DNA of 63,157 nucleotides, filler included, from Hausera hauseri (GCA_046269625.1; 10 parts of 10 records of this genome joined end to end with filler, not necessarily neighbours in it), one strand, 5' to 3'; positions 1 to 12,866 are shown, counted from the whole stretch's first letter. Notes: generated by a model from the sequence alone, not told the origin. Numbers and translations: made by a program.

Positions 1-557
1 AGCTGCTAAAGATGGCAATTATTCAAGCTGCACAAGTCAGGTTGTAATTATTTAAAACTCAGTGAAAAAGATGTTCCAAAACGTTTCCAGCTGACGTTCT
101 CTTTGAGATACGACGAGGCCTTAGGCTCCCACTTCTCTCGCTTAGCGTTTAACAAGGGAAAAATCCTACCAATAATGTTTTTTTTTAAATTAAATATTGT
201 TGAAATATGAATGAAATTTCAATTTAAAAAAAACACACATTTCGTACATATGGCTTTCAATTTAACAGATTAAAATCTTAAAAACAAACAAACAAACTTA
301 AAAACAGCCAGTTTATGAAAAGAACAAATCAGTACATTAGTGACACAATTTGTTTATTAACCAAACACAAGGTCACTTTGAAGTATACCACTGCTATCTT
401 AAGCCTCAATTTGACGTCACAATGGAGATTGCCTTCCACGTCAAACCAGATGTCTTTTGTTGTTTTATGGCAGTGATGAAAAACACGAGTCCTGTGACTC
501 ATGTTGAACAATATAGTTACACAATAATGCTCGATTTCGGTCACATAAAATATGTGC

Positions 558-1997
558 CTTCTTCCTCTGCGATTCTTGGTCACGGATAACCCTCTGTCTG
601 AGACAGAAATGAGGATGCCCTTCCCAGGTCGTCAAGAGGCACGCACAACCTTCTGCAGTGCCTGCTCGCGGATTTCTAAGAGCTTAGGAACTGAATATGT
701 GGAACCGAGTCTGGGTATCAGTGCCGCACACACATAAGGGAATGCTGGCCTTGCCAGGCGATGTATGTGCTTGTTTAAGCTGCAGTGGCCTGTTCTCGGT
801 TTAAAAATGGTCATTTGTTACTTTATTTTTCTATGGAATGCATCGCATCATCTTTGTAGCTGTAAGAGTTATGTTGCTCTTTCCATTTACATCTGAATCT
901 GGGATTTAACAGAAGTGTTACATCACTGAAACTCAGGGGCAAGGTCGGCTGTTGGCATAGACCACAAGTTTTGTCTAATTATCTGCCTCTTCATTGCCTT
1001 GAATACCACAATATGCTGGCAGCCGCACTATTATGATCAGGACGGATTATGTAATAATTGTGACCTGAGTTATTATGGTAGAATAAGGATGTAAAGGAAG
1101 TAACCTATCTTAATGAGGAAGAAGATCACGAATCAGAATTGCAACCCTGGAAAATGTGTTTTCAGTCACAAATCAGAATTGCAACCCTGGAAAATTTGTT
1201 TATCAGTGAGTCTCACTTGTAATTTGGAGAATATACGAGGACGTCACTTAACGAAAGGCGATGGAAGAAAGGCAGCCATTTAGTCTTTGTTAATTTTCCC
1301 GTGAGTGAAGATGTATTTCTTATACTCCTCAATGATCGTGCCAACCACAAGACTACAATATCCTTTGATGTCATTCCTTTTGATTCAAAATGCTCAAACA
1401 TTTTTAACATAGCTTCATGAATGGCGACCACTTCTGCTTCATAAGTTGTACACCATGTACCACAAGGGCCTGATATTTTGATGGATTCTTCTGTGTTTGA
1501 TGGAATGAATTCAGCTCCATATCCTGCATTAACAATTGCCTTAAAAGCTGACCCATCTGTGTAGATATGGATAGAATCTTTGTAATGGTCGATGATTTCT
1601 AGTGCAAGTGATTTTAGTAATGTAGGCAGGAGACTCTTATCTGCTGGACAGAGGAGATTTCTGCGTATTATTGGTTTTCTCAATTCGATGTGTGGTGGTA
1701 GATCAGGTACGGGTATTGTTGGCATTCTTGTTTCTGGTAGGTAGTGCATTTCTGATAGCTATTTAAATCTTTGCATAAAGGAAGTTTTCTTAATTCGTCT
1801 CCTGGGTACATATTTATAATCTTCTTGTATGGATCGTCTTTATCTTTTCTCAGAAATCTTTCTGCTGTTGTCATAACTGCCCTTTCTCTCTTCAGTTCTA
1901 GGGGTTCAGCATTGGCAGAAATCTCACACGCATTTGCTGGAGTTGATCGCAGGCCTCCACAAATTAATCTGAGTGCTTGGTTCTGGATGCGGTCTAA
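558..1997 (-). mobile_element. Decayed 3' part of an I/Ingi-group non-LTR retrotransposon (post-RT region, RNase H, C-terminal zinc-knuckle region, GAA-type tail), interrupted at ~1020-1340
   Basis: Minus-strand LDRIQNQALRLICGGLRSTP; RNase H IYTDGSA...YEAEVVAI (ORF 1213..1749); RTGHCSLNKH (632..814); 3' end ATCGCAGAGAAGAAG near 558. Confidence 0.8.
1131..1208. repeat. Tandem duplication of a ~40-bp unit
   Basis: AATCAGAATTGCAACCCTGGAAAAT occurs twice, 40 bp apart. Confidence 0.85.
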
Positions 1998-1999
1998 CC

Positions 2000-2195
2000 T
2001 GTATCAGCGCTAATGCACAGGTATGCCTTTGCTAGACACAACTGTGTCCGGTATTCTATGCTCGGAAGGTCCATCATGAAACGCATGCTCCTGATTTCCG
2101 TATCTCTTGGGCAGCCAAGGATGATGCGCATAGCTCCATTTTGAATCCTTTCCAGTCTCTCTGTCTGAGTCTGGCGCAGTCTTAGAACGTACCAT
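2000..2195 (-). mobile_element. Fragment of a second I-group LINE family (post-RT region)
   Basis: ERIQNGAMRIILGCPRDTEIRSMRFMMDLP...CISAD, nearly the same peptide as 43580..43730. Confidence 0.8.
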
Positions 2196-3419
2196 ACAAC
2201 CAACTTACAGATTATTCTACCTCATAACTTTAACAAGAAACATATATAATCAAATGTTGATTTTATTACTGGATGCACACAACATATAGGAGTTTGATGA
2301 GAAAGAATTTTGGAGGGGTGTTTTCAGGCCTTTATTGCCATGACTTACTAGCATTGCTAAGTTCCTACACAATGGCGTCACCGACCTGACAGTGCGGTTA
2401 GCAAAGATGCAATGTTGTCGGAATAATCAATGTATTGCATATTTTAAGGGGTAATGTTTGTGTGTGCGAATTTTTCGTATTTGATTGTCCAGTGGGTTAT
2501 ATTCATTTGTATCTACTTCTTTCGGTTTATAGTTGCTAGCCCGTGTGTTTGTCGAACACAGATGTCGAGAATTACTCTACACAACTGTCGATCCTTTGCT
2601 TTTCTTGCGACAATACCGCATGCATACCGTAATGACAAGCCCACATGTTTTTTCTGTAGCTGTGGTCCTGTATGTCTTTCCTATAGCGCCACAGTCCTCT
2701 CTCGAGTTGCGATATATATTGTCTTACTGTTCGTTGGAGTGTGTGCTGTGTCTTAATTATCGCATATCATATCCAACGTCGTTTATATTTCGGTATCACA
2801 TTTTTTTCCTCATGAAATTTTTAACTATGAATAGTTGCTTCTGGTGGCTTGAAAGATAAACAAACATGTTTGTGGGGAGGGGTGTGATGGATATATATAA
2901 AAGACAGCACGGCGGAGAATATAAATTTTTGGAAATTCATTACATCCAAACGCTTGCTGTCTTTATTTTTTTTTAAACGGATGACAGAATATTTAGAATG
3001 TCCTTCCAACGAGGGAATCTATCTAGGTTTCTCGATTATCACAACAAAACTGAGCAAACAATTAAACATTCAGCTCGTGCAAAAACTCTCTAAAGTCTTA
3101 AAAGTTTGTTTCCAAAAGCCTAGGAGTTTGACCGAACGGGACCAAAATCAAGTTTTGGTCAACAGTTGTCAGCCTTTGTATATTGTTTACTGCATTATAT
3201 ATTTTGTGTCTTTGCCCTTCAGGGAGGGAAGAACCACCCTAATCGTCCAGCTCTTACAATAAAATTATCTTATTCAATGGATACGAAATGGATCGATTAA
3301 TTGGATAGCAAAGATTGTATTTAATGTTGGTGCTAAACGTTCTGTTCAGATATAGATAGAGTATGTTACGCGATTTACGTAAGGGATTTACAATAGATTC
3401 TAAACCACTGTAACAACTG

Positions 3420-4146
3420 AAAGTGAAAAGAGTGGACTCAGCTTAAACACACACACACACACAAAACAGTAACGACGACAGTCTCTAAGAAAAAAGAGCC
3501 ACCAGTGTGCAATGTAATGATAAAATCGACAAAAGTAAAACAAGTGGAGAAAGTTAAATACCTTGGAACTCTTGTAACATCAGATGGCAGATGTGACACG
3601 GAAATGAAAAGCAGAATTACACAGGCAAAAACAGCATTGCAGAAAATGAAAAAAAAAAATCATATTATGCACGATAAATTTGTGATTACCATTGAGAAAG
3701 AGAGTTCTGCATTGAACCAATACTAATGTATGGCTGTGAATCATAGACAATGAGTAAAAATTTGGAAATTATTTTAAAGCAACAGAGATGTGGTTTCTTA
3801 GAAGAATGTTGAAAATCCCTTGGACAGCAAGGAGAAAAAATGAAGATGTTTTACAAGAAGCGGTGCAGAAAGAACGTTTATTAGTAAGATCAGAAAGTGA
3901 CATACATCAATGATTGGCCATATTTTAAGAAGAGAAAGTCTGGAGAACTTGGTCATCACATGCAAAATACCAGAAAATAGAAGCAGTGGTCGGCAAAGAA
4001 TGAAGTGTCTGGATGGGTTGAAAGAATGGCTTGGAAGTAGGGGGTCAACACCAGAGAGGATTGGGGACACCAGGAATCGCGAGAAATGGAGACCCATGAC
4101 AGCCTACGCTTCGCAGCATGGCACCTGATGATGATGATGATGAATG
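3420..4146 (+). mobile_element. 5'-truncated RTE-clade LINE, 3' end with (GAT)n tail
   Basis: QVEKVKYLGTLVTSDGRCDTEMKSRITQAK; GHILRRESLENLV; GRQRMK; tail GATGATGATGATGA. Confidence 0.85.
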
Positions 4147-4307
4147 ATAAAAGGAATTTTTGAAAAGCGATAGCATAGAAAACAAACACTTTGGACTGGC
4201 ATGCTTTGTTACCATACTTATAATAGGAAATATTGAAATATCGTAATTTTGAAACAAAATATTTGTTAACTGTGCCAAATTAACCGAGCGCGTGTTTCAT
4301 ATCCCAG

Positions 4308-4403
4308 CTTCAAGGTGAATCCGTCCTTGGTGACTTCATAAAAATTGCCACAGTCGTCCTTAACATCATTACGGGAAATGGCCTTACTACCGGAACCAGG
4401 GAA
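4308..4403 (+). CDS. Internal coding exon A of putative repeat peptide precursor (LQGESVLGDFIKIATVVLNIITGNGLTTGTRE)
   Basis: TCCCAG acceptor, 96 nt open, phase 0-0, GTTAGT donor; same LQ...TRE boundaries as three other exons. Confidence 0.8.
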
Positions 4404-5600
4404 GTTAGTACTTAATAAAGCCGCATGCACCTTTCTAGTTTGTCATGTCCACCACCTTACGGTTGAGTGAAATTGCTGCATAGAGATATTTTCGTTACTG
4501 CCTTTCTGAAATAATAATTAATACAAAAATCTAGAACATTAGTATCGTAGACAGGATAATAGTCATAAGCAGCATTGATGATTGTACAGTAAAAGAAAAC
4601 GAAAGACTAGCAACTGCGCCGCAAAAGGTGGTCTAAATTAAAATATTATGGCAAAGCGCCAACAATTAAAAGTATACATTCTTATAGCGTACGCCTTTTA
4701 TATGGACACATATACCAAACAAATCATTTTAAAAAGTCGTGTTAAGGACAATGCTATAAAGAATACTGAGAACATAATGGACTGAACAGAAAAGAACTAC
4801 AGCGAATAGAAAATATAAAATGTAAAAACAGAACAGAAATTAACTCATTTACACCATAAAATGTAGTCATAATTATTCTGGTCATATTTAGAAGACGTAC
4901 ATCATGATTATATTTGAGTTGTCATAATGAGCAATAATTCAGAATTATAAATAATAAATTCCAATTGTTTCATGAAGTAACAAGTATGAAATTACACATA
5001 ACATAACATGGGCATGTGTAGCTAAATGACTGGTGTACCTAGCAAGGATGATACGAGTACTCAAACAAAACAAGCATTTATCTCTGCACATGGGATAATG
5101 CATTGTTGTAATAGTGACTGGGACAAATTTGCGGTAGGTCGCTGGGCATAGAAGACATTTCTACGATCATTACAACAGTGGGAAAAAAAACATTGTTTGA
5201 AAAGCCTGACGGTAAAAGATGGATGAAGGCATAAACTAAAAACAATTTTCTGTGATAGTAGTTGTCAATCCAAACATCGGCAGGTGTAGCCATAAAAGAA
5301 AATGTAAAGCAGAAGGCAACCAATGAGTTCTGGGTTCCGTCTGGTAAGAGAAGAAAGATAATTGAGATGAGAGAAACAGTGGTTGGCGATGACTGCTTGG
5401 TGTTCTCCGCCCAAGAATTGATAAAGAAAATAATAATTCCATGCTGCAATTAATGTAGGTGGATCAAGGCAAGCCTTGCACAGACGGAGACATCAAAAAG
5501 GAGAAAATCTTGTTGTTAATGTTTTACGAGAAAGCGCATTAATAATAGATAGGGTCGTGTATGAGAAGCTACAGGAGAATGAGCAGTGTTTGGAGCATTC

Positions 5601-5843
5601 GTTATTATCGAGAATATAGGCATTTACCGAGAGTATGTGTGTTTATCGAGAGTATGTGTGTTTATCGAGAGTATGTGTGTTTATCCAGAGTATGTGTGTT
5701 AATTCAGAGTATATATGTTTATCGAGAGTATGCGTGTTTATGCAGAGTATGTGTGTTTAACGACATTATGTGTGTTTATCCAGAGTATGTGTGTTTACCC
5801 AGAGAATGTGTGTTTATCGAGAGTATGAGTATTTACCAAGAAT
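5601..5843. repeat. Minisatellite, 19-bp unit, ~12 copies
   Basis: Consensus TTTATCGAGAGTATGTGTG head-to-tail, no spacers. Confidence 0.9.
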
Positions 5844-6454
5844 GATCATTATATATGCACAATGGATGGTGGAAGAAAATGCGCCTGGCATGTACAAATC
5901 GAGTTACTGTAACAGCAGAAAAGTTCATATGGCTGATGTAATCTGGAAAATGAACAAACAAGAATGCAAATGATGCATATCCGTGTGCTCGTACATAACC
6001 ACATCTTCTCTTCCTTAAATAAGACCGATCATAGATCTTTGTCTCTTTCTGATCTTACTGATAAGCGTTCTTTCTGTATCCACTTTATGGGATTTAAAAA
6101 ACCGCACAATAACCTCAAGAATGTTTAAACCAAGAATCGGACACCCCCCCCCCCCCCGACCTACTCGAGTGCAGGAGATGCCTGATATTTTGGTCATACC
6201 AAAAAGCACATAAACGTAGTAAATACCATTCTAAAAATATAAGTTTAATGGATAAGGTCGTCAAAGATTCAAATAATATAATAATATCAAGAAATAATTG
6301 TAGCAGTATATCGCAGCGTGTGAGAACAAAGATCAGAACAAAACTTGCTGTTGATTCAAAACTACCTTCACAGTAGAATGGGCAAAGTCCCTTGCATTTA
6401 GATAGTTTCTGTGTTACATTGATTTGTACTTATGACGATATTTTATTTCGGCAG

Positions 6455-6571
6455 CTCCAACAGAGTGATGTGGCCGATGAAATTGTCAAACTTATCAACT
6501 ATTTCGGTCCTCTGGTCACCCCTTTGATTGAGCTTCTTATTCATCCAGCTGACTCAAAGGCAACCCGTGAA
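6455..6571 (+). CDS. Internal coding exon B (LQQSDVADEIVKLINYFGPLVTPLIELLIHPADSKATRE)
   Basis: TTTTATTTCGGCAG acceptor, 117 nt, phase 0-0, GTAAGT donor. Confidence 0.85.
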
Positions 6572-6799
6572 GTAAGTGAGGCGGTTCTGTATATCTAACC
6601 TTTCTTATCGATCTACCTGCTTACCTTGCTGTCTACCAGCCTCCATACCTACTTACCAGCATGTGTACTTCCACCTCTCCTTCTTATTTTTCTAACTACT
6701 TCCTCCCTTCCTATCTATTCATCTGTCTGAACGTTTATCTATAAATATTTAGGTCTGTATATTTAATCCTTGGCAGAGACTGAATAAAATCAACACCTG

Positions 6800-7625
6800 T
6801 GCAGTAACCCTCGTGATGGCTAGATTTAAATCCAGAGCCATGATTTCCACGGGTCATAAGTGGCATCAGGACATTCTTCAAACCAACATGATTTATTGTT
6901 CATACAGACATTAACGATTGCAATCGCATCACAGAAAAGCAGTTAACATTTGTCACTCCAACAGTTACAAGCAACAACAATAACAATAACAAATATTTAC
7001 ATTTGAGTATCGACGTATTAGTCTCAACACTTAATTATAAGACAACCTCACTCGTATATACCTGATAAGTGCACTCTGTCCAGATCACTAAATATCCACG
7101 AAGAGGCGAACGTCATATTGTCCATAGCTAGCTCAGCATTTGGCAGACTAAGCAAGACTGAGAAAGAAGTGGTATCAGTATAAACACCAAAGTTAAAGTA
7201 TACCAGGCTGCAGTTTTAACAACACTAACGTATACCAATGAAACATGGACAGTTTGTGCTAGACATGCAAAGCAATTAAACAACGGTCAGATGAGATGTT
7301 TATGTCGCATCACGAGGATAAAGAAGTCTAACAAATTCTCAAGTACTTAGGTTCTCACCTTATCAAAAGCCAGCTACATCTATACACTCCTAAAGAAAAC
7401 ACAACTACGCTGGAGTGGCCACTTTGTTAGAATGAGTGACAATCGTATCCCAAAGCAGCTGTGTTTGGGGAACTGCAGACAGACAAACGAAAAACAAGAG
7501 GCCAAAAAAAGCGACACAAAGACACATAGAAATCTTCATTAAAAGACTTTAATATCAATGTAAATTCATGGTAGACACGATCTTGCGAGCCAGGATTGCC
7601 ATGATTAGCCATATTCGTAATCATC
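6800..7625 (+). mobile_element. Decayed RTE (BovB-like) LINE fragment
   Basis: Broken frames with ASSAFGRL, TKVKVYQAAVLTTL.Y..ETW, QLRWSGHFVRMSDNRIPK, GQKKRHKD. Confidence 0.8.
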
Positions 7626-8979
7626 AACCCATTTCTCCCGTCCCTCCTACTTCAGATGGACGAACAACAACATATACCTGATCGATGATCTGTTTGTTTA
7701 TCTGCCTGTCAGCTTTTATCTTCACCTATCAAGGTAACCACCTAATTGCACGTCTATTGTATCCATCTGCCTGGCAGTATATATGCCGCATGAGTTACCT
7801 ACTCAAATGGCAATCGCTATATACATCTATTGATCTGCCTCTTTATCGATCTACTCTGTCTTAGATAATTATCTCTCCACGTATAGAAAATTATTAAAAT
7901 ATTGCATGCATAAACCACAATAGTGAGTGGGGCAAACGATATGGACCCCGACTGGGGGATGGAGGAGGCGCTAGTTTGAAACTAAAAATGACAATAACAT
8001 TTTTGGAACAATATTTTCGCGAACGATTACTGGTTAATACTTGTCTATAGTTAGAGATAGTAAGAAATGTATCTTCTTATCTTTTTGTTCCGTAATAAAC
8101 CATATGTATGCGAAGAGAAGGAAGTCGATAACGCACTAAACCAGACAACAGAAAAACAAAACAGTTAAGACACTTGGAAATCTTGGGATTTGAACACGGA
8201 ACACTGAAACAGCACCATCATCTTGCTACTTTGTAGAGCCTGGCCATTTCTAACATAACTTTGCACCCTAATAAACATGCAATTGTTAGTGTAGACCATC
8301 TCCTGACAGTCTAGTGGCTCAGGGAAAACCCGCATTCTGTGTATCAGCTTACCTACAACACTAAAACGTCTTAAAGTTCCATGAGGTGACTGGGCCTCTG
8401 GAAGGATATAGTTTCTTAGGCCTTAGCAATTACTCATCCTTTTTTTTAAACCAACGTGTAGTAAAATTAGTGTTCATATTTGAACCCCTTGCCCCCCCCC
8501 CCTTTTTGGCTACTGGTCTGAGGTATTATAAACCCACCCCCCTCTTCAGGGAAGACTTGAGGCTAACACCATGAGTTACCTGCACTTGTTGGCTAACGCT
8601 ATTGATGATACCGAGAAAGCAAATACCAGTTGTATGTATCAGGACAGTGGTTAACTACAATTTTTCATTTTAATGTTTCATTTAATTGAATTAAAATTAT
8701 GACACAACAGTAAAGTTTTATAGACGGGTCTGTTACGTACCAAGGGAAGAAAGAGTATTACAAACTGGAAACACTTGGCAGTGGCAGGGGAAACAATAAA
8801 TGGCGGCCCAGGGATATCTGGGTATGAACTACAGAGGCGTAACAGAAACCGGTACAATCTGGTCGGAACCGGACTGGCTTTATCAAGACAGAAGTGCCTG
8901 AAAAAGATTAATTGATACCACGTGTTAATGATTCCATGAACATGCTCAAGAAAATTCAGTCTTGAGAAATAAGACAACA

Positions 8980-9470
8980 ACTGGTCTGAGTCAACTGTGG
9001 CTTTGGTTCCTGATCATGCAGAGATTAGGAGCAACAAGAAAGCAGAAACATTGACGGGTACCGCAGTTATGGTAGAGGGTACATGAATGGATCGAGCCGA
9101 CATTGCGAATGTCATCAAAGGACTACTCGAACGCCAGGTCGACATTACTGAAGGAGACGATAATCCTTGTTAAAACTTGAAACAGCACGTGAATAATCGG
9201 CCACTACACAAACAGTAAAGAGTTCGAGAGCGTAGGCACACAGATTTTCAAGAAGGATTATCAGAATACCAAAAAGGAGGAAAAAGACATGACATCCTGA
9301 AAAAACTGAACACTACAGAAAGATGATTCATAAACAATATCTTGCCACGAAGGTGAACTATTTTATCAACATAAAACGCCATGCAGGTGTGGAAAGACCA
9401 ATAATAATGGAAGGTTCAGCTACTTGTAGACGATACTGGACACATACATTAAATAAATTCTGAACATTCA
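8980..9470 (+). mobile_element. Decayed I-group LINE fragment (end of RNase H and downstream)
   Basis: VPDHAEIRSNKKAETL resembles the RNase H P.H.G..GNE.AD.LA motif, followed by MDRADIAN. Confidence 0.55.
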
Positions 9471-9837
9471 GTTGAAAGAAGCCTGAAAGAGACTATCAAG
9501 CAGGCTGTGATAAGCGTGATGATTACAGAAAACAAAAATGTTCATCTCAGTAGAAATAGGGGAAAACCATGTAGCAGGAAGTAAAAGTGGGTGTTGGTCA
9601 ATACATACCAAGGAAATCAGCTCATGACATGCTGAAAAGTCATTTTCTGGAACACCATTAGATACTAAGAAAAATATTGACCAAAAGCTAAATGGAGAAA
9701 TGAGCATGAGAAGAAATATGCATAATCTATCGGGATGAATTTCCTATCGATAAGTTAGCTAAACAAGTAATGATGATTATTGCTATAGCACTACAATTGT
9801 AAGAATAATTTGAATTCAAACATTTTCCATCAAACAG

Positions 9838-9936
9838 TTACAAGATGACGTGGCTGATAGCATCATTAAGATTTTTGAGGCCATTGAACCACTCATCCTC
9901 CCTCTTATCACTCCTCTTATCACAGGAACACGGGAG
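9838..9936 (+). CDS. Internal coding exon C (LQDDVADSIIKIFEAIEPLILPLITPLITGTRE)
   Basis: CATCAAACAG acceptor, 99 nt, phase 0-0, GTAAGA donor; clearly homologous to exon B. Confidence 0.85.
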
Positions 9937-10005
9937 GTAAGAGAAAATGATTTCTTCTCAATCAGTCAACTTCAGTTATTTCATAAACTTTCTTCCCCCA
10001 ATCTC

Positions 10006-10389
10006 TCTTCTTCTTCTTCTTCTGTCGTTCACGTGATGTATATCTGCAGATGTGTCTCCCTGATGAACTGCACAGTGTGGCAATGCGTGGTATCCTGCTT
10101 GCTGCGGTGCTGTGGCGCGCCTCCTGGGGTGATATCTCCGTCTTCAGCACCTTTTGTTTTCTAGGGCAGAATATGGTCTTGTTCGACTGGACAGGATTTA
10201 ACATAGTGATGCTCATCTCCACCAGGCGCACCAGGGCCCCGTTAAACTGAGTCTTCGCAATCAGTTCCCAGCCTACACCGCGTGGATGTGGGACGTCGGG
10301 GAGCTACTAAATTTCACTTTTCGCGCCCTGTGGCACTAGCCGACCCCAACACTGCTAACCGAAGTGCCAGGCACATTCACACCTTCAGG
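10006..10389 (-). mobile_element. Short internally deleted Ingi/I-like retroelement with (GAA)n tail
   Basis: Minus strand ends VQFIRETHLQI-like then GAACGACAGAAGAAGAAG; GC-rich structured 5' part; TCTCTC on both flanks (possible TSD). Confidence 0.55.
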
Positions 10390-12033
10390 TCTCTCACTTC
10401 TGAATTAGGTTAATTTAGCTAGGTTAGCCTTGGGCTGTATTATGTTTTCGCCTTCTCTGTAAACGAGATGACATTATAATTACTCCGCCCCTGCAGCAGT
10501 AAACAATAATGAGAATATACAGCTATGTTTTTTAAAAAGATGTTACGTTACAACTAAGGAAAAAAAAAACAAGGAACAAATGACTCTCCAAATTCTCAGT
10601 GTCGTACACAGTGATATAACTCAGTAGGTGTTAATTAAACAAAAAATAAACATAAAAGAAATTGTCATTGCTGTTTGAATGGGTTAACTTTACAGTATAG
10701 TCCCGACTAACAAAGTAATGATACTCTTTTCATACGTTACAGTCTTTTATTTTGATTATGTTCCCTGTTATGTGTCCTCACACTGACTGGAAAATATCAT
10801 CTCCTGTACGAAAATATCAGCACCGACAGACACCAAAACTCACACTCGAGATAAAGGTGTATATACCACGCAGGTGTGCTGCACCCGTGTGACACATGCT
10901 AAGAAAACATGCTTAATAATATTCTCTGTTTGTAGGTTTATGAACATCAGGTGGCAGGAAAATAGTTACAAGAGATATTACGGCGTGCCTACAGTCAGGT
11001 CGTTTGGGAGAAAAAATTCATCAACATACAAATCTTAATCTATATGTCTATCAGCCTAATATGTTTTAGACAATCATATTCTTCCTTTGAACAGATTCTT
11101 TATCTCGCATGCAGCAGACACTTTAGCGGTGGCACCAGTATACACTAAAGGGGAGAGGGGAAGGGGAAGTATAGTAATTATACATAAAACTGTTGAGTTT
11201 TATTTCAACAGAACATTATTAGTGCCAGGACTCTAAAATTACACGAAATCAGTATTCCGGGATGGTATGCATTCGTTACTGTAGACTCGACAGTCCTGCG
11301 ACTTACATAGCTGTAATCGCACGATTCATGTACCAGTACAGTTATAATTCTACGAGTCTTAAATTTGTCAGCTTGTATTTCAATGTCCTCCAATGATCCG
11401 CATCCGTGGGGTGTTCTACTGTATCTTTCTCTTTAGAGAGTCGGTTTGAGAGTAGTCCTAGACCAGCCGGGGAATAAGGGCTAACAGTTCAAGGCAATAT
11501 TACTTTCAGGGAGCTCTTAGTGCTCCCCGTTAGGAGCGGACAGGGCTCTGCCGACTCATCCTACACTCGAGTCGGTTGAGATGTCTGTTAGCCGCTCTTA
11601 CTGATTTTTTCATATCTTACTGAATGATGAAGTTCAAACGATGGTTCCGTTTAGAAATGTCTAGACTATATAGTAGACGGCACTCGGCCTGGGCGCTATA
11701 TGGGTGATGAGCAGTACTCGATCCCTTGTCACAGGCACAATAAACCGTCGTGCAACGCATGAGCCGGATCCCTAAGGGGAAGCTCCAGGACCTTCCCAGT
11801 ACCTAAGCTCGTCATGAAAGTTCCATAATATGCTCAATCCTTCGTAAGCATTTGGTTTGGAAAGTTTCAATCGTTGTTTTCTAGAATTCATTTTCTGTTT
11901 CAGAATTTTCCTTTTCTACTACTTCCTGAATTTGTATTACGGAATATTATTTCTAAACACCTGCCCAACATCGTAATATCCTGAATGCTGTGATTCTAGT
12001 TTCATTTTTCGATAAAGACATCATTTTTGATGT

Positions 12034-12345
12034 GTGGGCCTGTATAACCGGCCCTGATATACAGCGCCAGGGCTGACGAATCATAGCCAGCCAAGATCCT
12101 CTGCCCACGGAAAGTAGTGTCTCCGGGCAACGGTAGGAAAACCGTGCCGGCAAATGGGTGGAGAGGTGGATCACGTCTAGGAGATCAAGCATTGCACTAA
12201 AGCCTGGAGGACCTTGGTACACCTCCAAGATTCCACCGGGACAGCAGGAAAGCTCAGCTTTCTTCCTCCATAGCCCTCTTTATGGCTGCAACAGCCCTTA
12301 TCCGGAAGAGCTGACGCTCGGCGACGTGGACATCGAACAAGGACA
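12034..12345 (+). mobile_element. ~310-bp SINE-like element, copy 1
   Basis: Colinear with 32950..33285 (GCCAGGGCTGA, AGCCAAGATC, GTGGATCAC, CTAAAGCCTGGAGGACCTTG, GGAAAGCTCAGCT, GGCTGCAAC); possible TSD TTGATRTG. Confidence 0.8.
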
Positions 12346-12480
12346 TGCATTGATATGAAAGAGCCATTCAGTTTGTCTGATAAGACAAGCATTTATATGA
12401 CTGTCAGTTAACGCGTCCTTACTAGGACATACACTTGATAGATCTTGATCTTCAATTACGACTTTGAACTCCTATTTTAG

Positions 12481-12573
12481 GTTCAAGAAGGCATATTAAA
12501 TGACATCACCAATATTTTCAAAGATCTTGCAGCTCTTATTCTGGGAAGTGCAGCAAACGCTGGAACACGGGAG
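12481..12573 (+). CDS. Internal coding exon D (VQEGILNDITNIFKDLAALILGSAANAGTRE)
   Basis: CCTATTTTAG acceptor, 93 nt, phase 0-0, GTAATT donor; ends GGAACACGGGAG exactly like exon C. Confidence 0.85.
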
Positions 12574-12766
12574 GTAATTATACAGTAATAACTTCTTAAC
12601 ATTTTGATTTTGTGACGGAGCAACAGGAACATGTTTTTTTAATTCCTGCTCCCATGTTTATTAAAGAATACGCAGATATTTTTCCTATTTATGGAAAGAG
12701 AATGAACGAACTAATCAGGGAACAAAACGTTTATTTAACCAGGGTAAAGACATATGCATCATTGTT

Positions 12767-12866
12767 NNNNNNNNNNNNNNNNNNNNNNNNNNNNNNNNNN
12801 NNNNNNNNNNTTAATTAATTAANNNNNNNNNNNNNNNNNNNNNNNNNNNNNNNNNNNNNNNNNNNN
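12767..12866. other. Artificial contig linker
   Basis: 44 N + TTAATTAATTAA (stops in six frames) + 44 N. Confidence 0.98.

Noticed and set aside
2290-2396. Possible signal-peptide or extra exon of the TRE-repeat gene (MRKNF...LLALLSSYTMASPT*)
   Set aside because: All three frames contain a stop and no phase-0 donor fits; weak acceptor
5601-5843. CRISPR-like array (also 29030..30515)
   Set aside because: Head-to-tail units with no unique spacers, no cas genes, eukaryotic context
10180-10231. 2A-like NPGP peptide in the short Ingi-like element
   Set aside because: Needs an inserted base and lacks the D(V/I)E part
12811-12822. TTAATTAATTAA palindrome recurring nine times
   Set aside because: Always centred in exactly 44+44 N; six-frame stop linker, not biological
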